DNA of 64,000 nucleotides from Escherichia coli (GTDB lineage Bacteria; Pseudomonadota; Gammaproteobacteria; Enterobacterales; Enterobacteriaceae): NCBI RefSeq assembly GCF_965641715.1, contig NZ_OZ282453.1; one strand, 5' to 3'. Shown piece by piece: positions 61,554 to 64,000 of this stretch (position 1 is its first letter; each line of letters starts with the position of its first letter). The notes under the pieces were generated by a model. It saw only the letters and a program-made list of their open reading frames with translations, ran no database searches and was not told where the DNA came from. The position numbers and the translations under genes were made by a program.

Positions 61554-62612
61554 TCATCCGTTCTGACTGACTAAATCCTGTACTTCCCTGACCGTCTGCT
61601 CAAAACGCTCAGTCTCCAGCTCAACACCAATCACACGACGTCCCTGCGCCATCGCTGCTTTGACTGTCGAACCTGACCCCATGAAGAAATCTGCAACCAG
61701 GTCTCCCGGACGGCTGCTTGCGCTGATTATCTGCTGCAACATTTCTGCCGGTTTTTCGCACGGGTGCTTCCCGGGATAGTACTGCACCGGTTTATGCGTC
61801 CACACATCGGTGTACGGCACCTGCACAGTCACACCGAAATACCGCCGCAAATTTTTATATTCACTCAGCAGTTCCGTATACTGCCGGTTCAGTTCACTGT
61901 ATGTGCTGACCAGTTGGTAATGTGGCTTTTCCAGTTCTCCGCACTGGTGCTTCTCTTCTGCCACTCGGGCAAACAGTGCCTGTAATTTCAGATAATCGCT
62001 TTCATTCGGTAGCTGCCACTGACTGGCACTGAACCAGTGCGACACCATGTTTTTCTTTCCTGTAGCATCCACAATCTGTTTTGCCGTAATCCCCAGGGCC
62101 GCACGCGCATCACAAAAGTAAGAAATCAGCGGGGCCATCACATGCTGTTTCAGAGCCCTGCCCTTTGCCGCATAGCCATCATTTTTTAGCTGATATGGCC
62201 CCTGATAATGTCCGGCAAACAGAATGCGCTCTGTTGCCGGAAAATACGCCCGCAGGCTTTCCTTGTTGCACCCGTTCCAACGTCCGGACGGCTTCGCCCA
62301 GATGATATGGTTAAGCACGTTGAAACGTTCACGCATCATGATCTCAATATCAGATGCCAGGCGATGTCCACAGAACAGGTAAAGGCTTCCGGCAGGTTTC
62401 AACACCCGCCAGAACTGGGCCAGACAGTGGTCCAGCCACTTAAGGTAACCTTCGTCCCCTTTCCACTGATTGTCCCAGCCGTTGGGTTTCACCTTGAAGT
62501 ACGGCGGATCGGTAACAATCAGGTCAATGGAATCATCAGGCAGGGACTGAATAAAATGCAGGCAATCAGCGTTGATCAAATCAACACTGTTTATTTTTAC
62601 AGTATTTTTCAT
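61554..62612 (-). CDS. orphan DNA methyltransferase (N6-adenine/N4-cytosine family, DPPY motif)
   Basis: 352 aa, motif IV DLIVTDPPY near N-terminus and AdoMet motif FFMGSGSTVKAA near C-terminus (beta-class order); no adjacent restriction gene seen. Confidence 0.85.
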   Translation of the reverse strand: MKNTVKINSVDLINADCLHFIQSLPDDSIDLIVTDPPYFKVKPNGWDNQWKGDEGYLKWLDHCLAQFWRVLKPAGSLYLFCGHRLASDIEIMMRERFNVLNHIIWAKPSGRWNGCNKESLRAYFPATERILFAGHYQGPYQLKNDGYAAKGRALKQHVMAPLISYFCDARAALGITAKQIVDATGKKNMVSHWFSASQWQLPNESDYLKLQALFARVAEEKHQCGELEKPHYQLVSTYSELNRQYTELLSEYKNLRRYFGVTVQVPYTDVWTHKPVQYYPGKHPCEKPAEMLQQIISASSRPGDLVADFFMGSGSTVKAAMAQGRRVIGVELETERFEQTVREVQDLVSQNG

Positions 62613-62762
62613 GGATCAGTAAGCGTAACTCTGGTAGGCTCACTCTGCTTTTGCGCTAAAGCAGTGGGCCGTGGTTCGCTTGTGACCAGTAAGCATGAGC
62701 GAATGGCTGGCAGGTGCTACCAACACCCACCAGCCGCCCATTTTCACAGCAGGAAACCGCCA

Positions 62763-62990
62763 TTACTGGCAGCGTCTGAATTTATTCCCGTACCCGCCGT
62801 TATCCTTCGCCAGACCCGCCAGAACTAACTGAGTCAGTATTAACTGGCACTGGGCTTCGCTTACTCCGGTAGTTCTCGTCATCATGCGTGGCGTTACCCA
62901 CTTGTCAGCAGGTAAGAAATGAAGGACTGCGGCGGCGGTTTCTGTCATATCTTGCTGTTTTAGCATGTCTTTTTCCCTTCTGGTTAACAT
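62763..62990 (-). CDS. small putative winged-helix DNA-binding protein (75 aa)
   Basis: TTGVSEAQCQLILTQLVLAGLAKDNGG resembles an HTH recognition helix plus wing. Confidence 0.35.
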   Translation of the reverse strand: MLTRREKDMLKQQDMTETAAAVLHFLPADKWVTPRMMTRTTGVSEAQCQLILTQLVLAGLAKDNGGYGNKFRRCQ

Positions 62991-63244
62991 GACATACCAA
63001 TAACTCTTGTCTAAAAAGCCAGCAAGATAAAAAGTCAGTATTCACGACCACCAGCGTGTTTACTGTACTGCACCAGGTTTACAGGTACAAAAAACCGCTC
63101 GACGGCGGGTTTAAGCTGTGTGGCGAAGTAACCACTCTTAACAGATTAAGATAAAATTTGCGGACCGCGGTAATTTTTTTTGCTAAATTAAAGCCATATA
63201 AAAAATAAGATCCATAAGAAATTATTAGTATACTAAGGTTTAAC

Positions 63245-64000
63245 ATGGCTACTATTGCGCAATCAAAGAAACAAAAAAAACTTAAAATTGGTTTTTACAC
63301 CAGCAGTTCTGGGACTATCCGCAGCCATTCAGTTGCTAAGCAAGCAATTGAAAATCTGTATAATACTTGCGTAACCGTTACGAATAATCATTTTGATACC
63401 ATCTATAGAAATAAAAAGTTAAAAATAGCTTTTATAAATAAAGATACAAAAGCTAAATATTTCTTCGGCTACATGTCATGCTCACGAGAAGAGTATCTCC
63501 TTCCTTATATTGGTGATGAACACTGGAATGAGCACAACATACCACTAGATGATAAAAAATACATAGTCGAAAGAACCTATTTTTTATATTATTACGATAG
63601 TGATATTTTAATATTAACTCAAAATCATCTTGGGCCGAAAGAATCGGATTTAGCTTATCTGCTTTACAGCCAGAGTGGTAATCCTGGAAATAACTTTTCA
63701 TTCCAAGCCATCTGGAAAAAAGAGAGCGTCAAAGAGCTACTTGAAACAGGAAGTACTTTGAGAAGTTGTGATATTGTCCTGGCTGCTCCCAGGAACTTTG
63801 ATGCAACAAATTACCAGCTAAATAGTTCATTTTCTAAGGAACTGGTAAATATGATGGTAGGGCTGGGTGGAACACGTCTCAAGTTAAATCTAAGGGGACG
63901 TGCATCAGGGAGAGTAAAAGTCAAAGGTTATTTATCAGATCTCGTTAAGGATGGTATTAAAGAACTCCTTGAAAAAATGCCGGGAATTGTAAAAAAAGCG
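63245..64000 (+). CDS. unknown low-GC ORF running off the window end (more than 250 codons with no stop), opposite strand to the phage late genes
   Basis: manual translation MATIAQSKKQKKLKIGFYTSSSGTIRSHSVAKQAIENLYNT... continues without stop to 64000; RBS taagg 8 nt upstream and -35/-10-like hexamers. Confidence 0.5.
   Translation, partial: MATIAQSKKQKKLKIGFYTSSSGTIRSHSVAKQAIENLYNTCVTVTNNHFDTIYRNKKLKIAFINKDTKAKYFFGYMSCSREEYLLPYIGDEHWNEHNIPLDDKKYIVERTYFLYYYDSDILILTQNHLGPKESDLAYLLYSQSGNPGNNFSFQAIWKKESVKELLETGSTLRSCDIVLAAPRNFDATNYQLNSSFSKELVNMMVGLGGTRLKLNLRGRASGRVKVKGYLSDLVKDGIKELLEKMPGIVKKA

Overview
This window looks like an Escherichia coli-type chromosome: about 31 kb of conserved core genes followed by more than 32 kb of a lambda-like prophage that runs off the right edge. 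The core (1-31235) is in reverse orientation relative to K-12 numbering as I recall it: lasT, yjjY, arcA, creDCBA, rob, gpmB, yjjX, trpR, slt, ettA, nadR, radA, serB, ytjB, lplA, the deoDBAC operon, yjjI/yjjW, yjjV, yjjU, ytjA, osmY and prfC, with REP/BIME repeats between several genes. The prophage appears to be integrated at the 5' end of prfC and is almost entirely on the minus strand: side tail fibre, lom, J, I, K, L, M, H, G/T, V, U, Z, FII, FI, E, D, C/Nu3, B, W, A, Nu1, a cos region, then a lysis cassette, tRNA genes and an orphan DNA methyltransferase. The most notable finding is a retron in the attachment-proximal accessory region: a candidate msr-msd ncRNA bounded by a 10-bp inverted repeat, followed by one gene encoding a retron-type reverse transcriptase fused to a C-terminal TIR domain, with an SOS-box-preceded DinI-like gene just upstream. 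Other low-GC cargo includes an MscS-family channel gene between the lysis genes and cos, a TerB-like ORF where Stx phages carry toxin genes, and an unknown AT-rich plus-strand ORF at the right edge. All calls rest on reading the translations and sequence by eye against remembered families; no searches were run, and hand-derived coordinates are approximate to about 2 nt.
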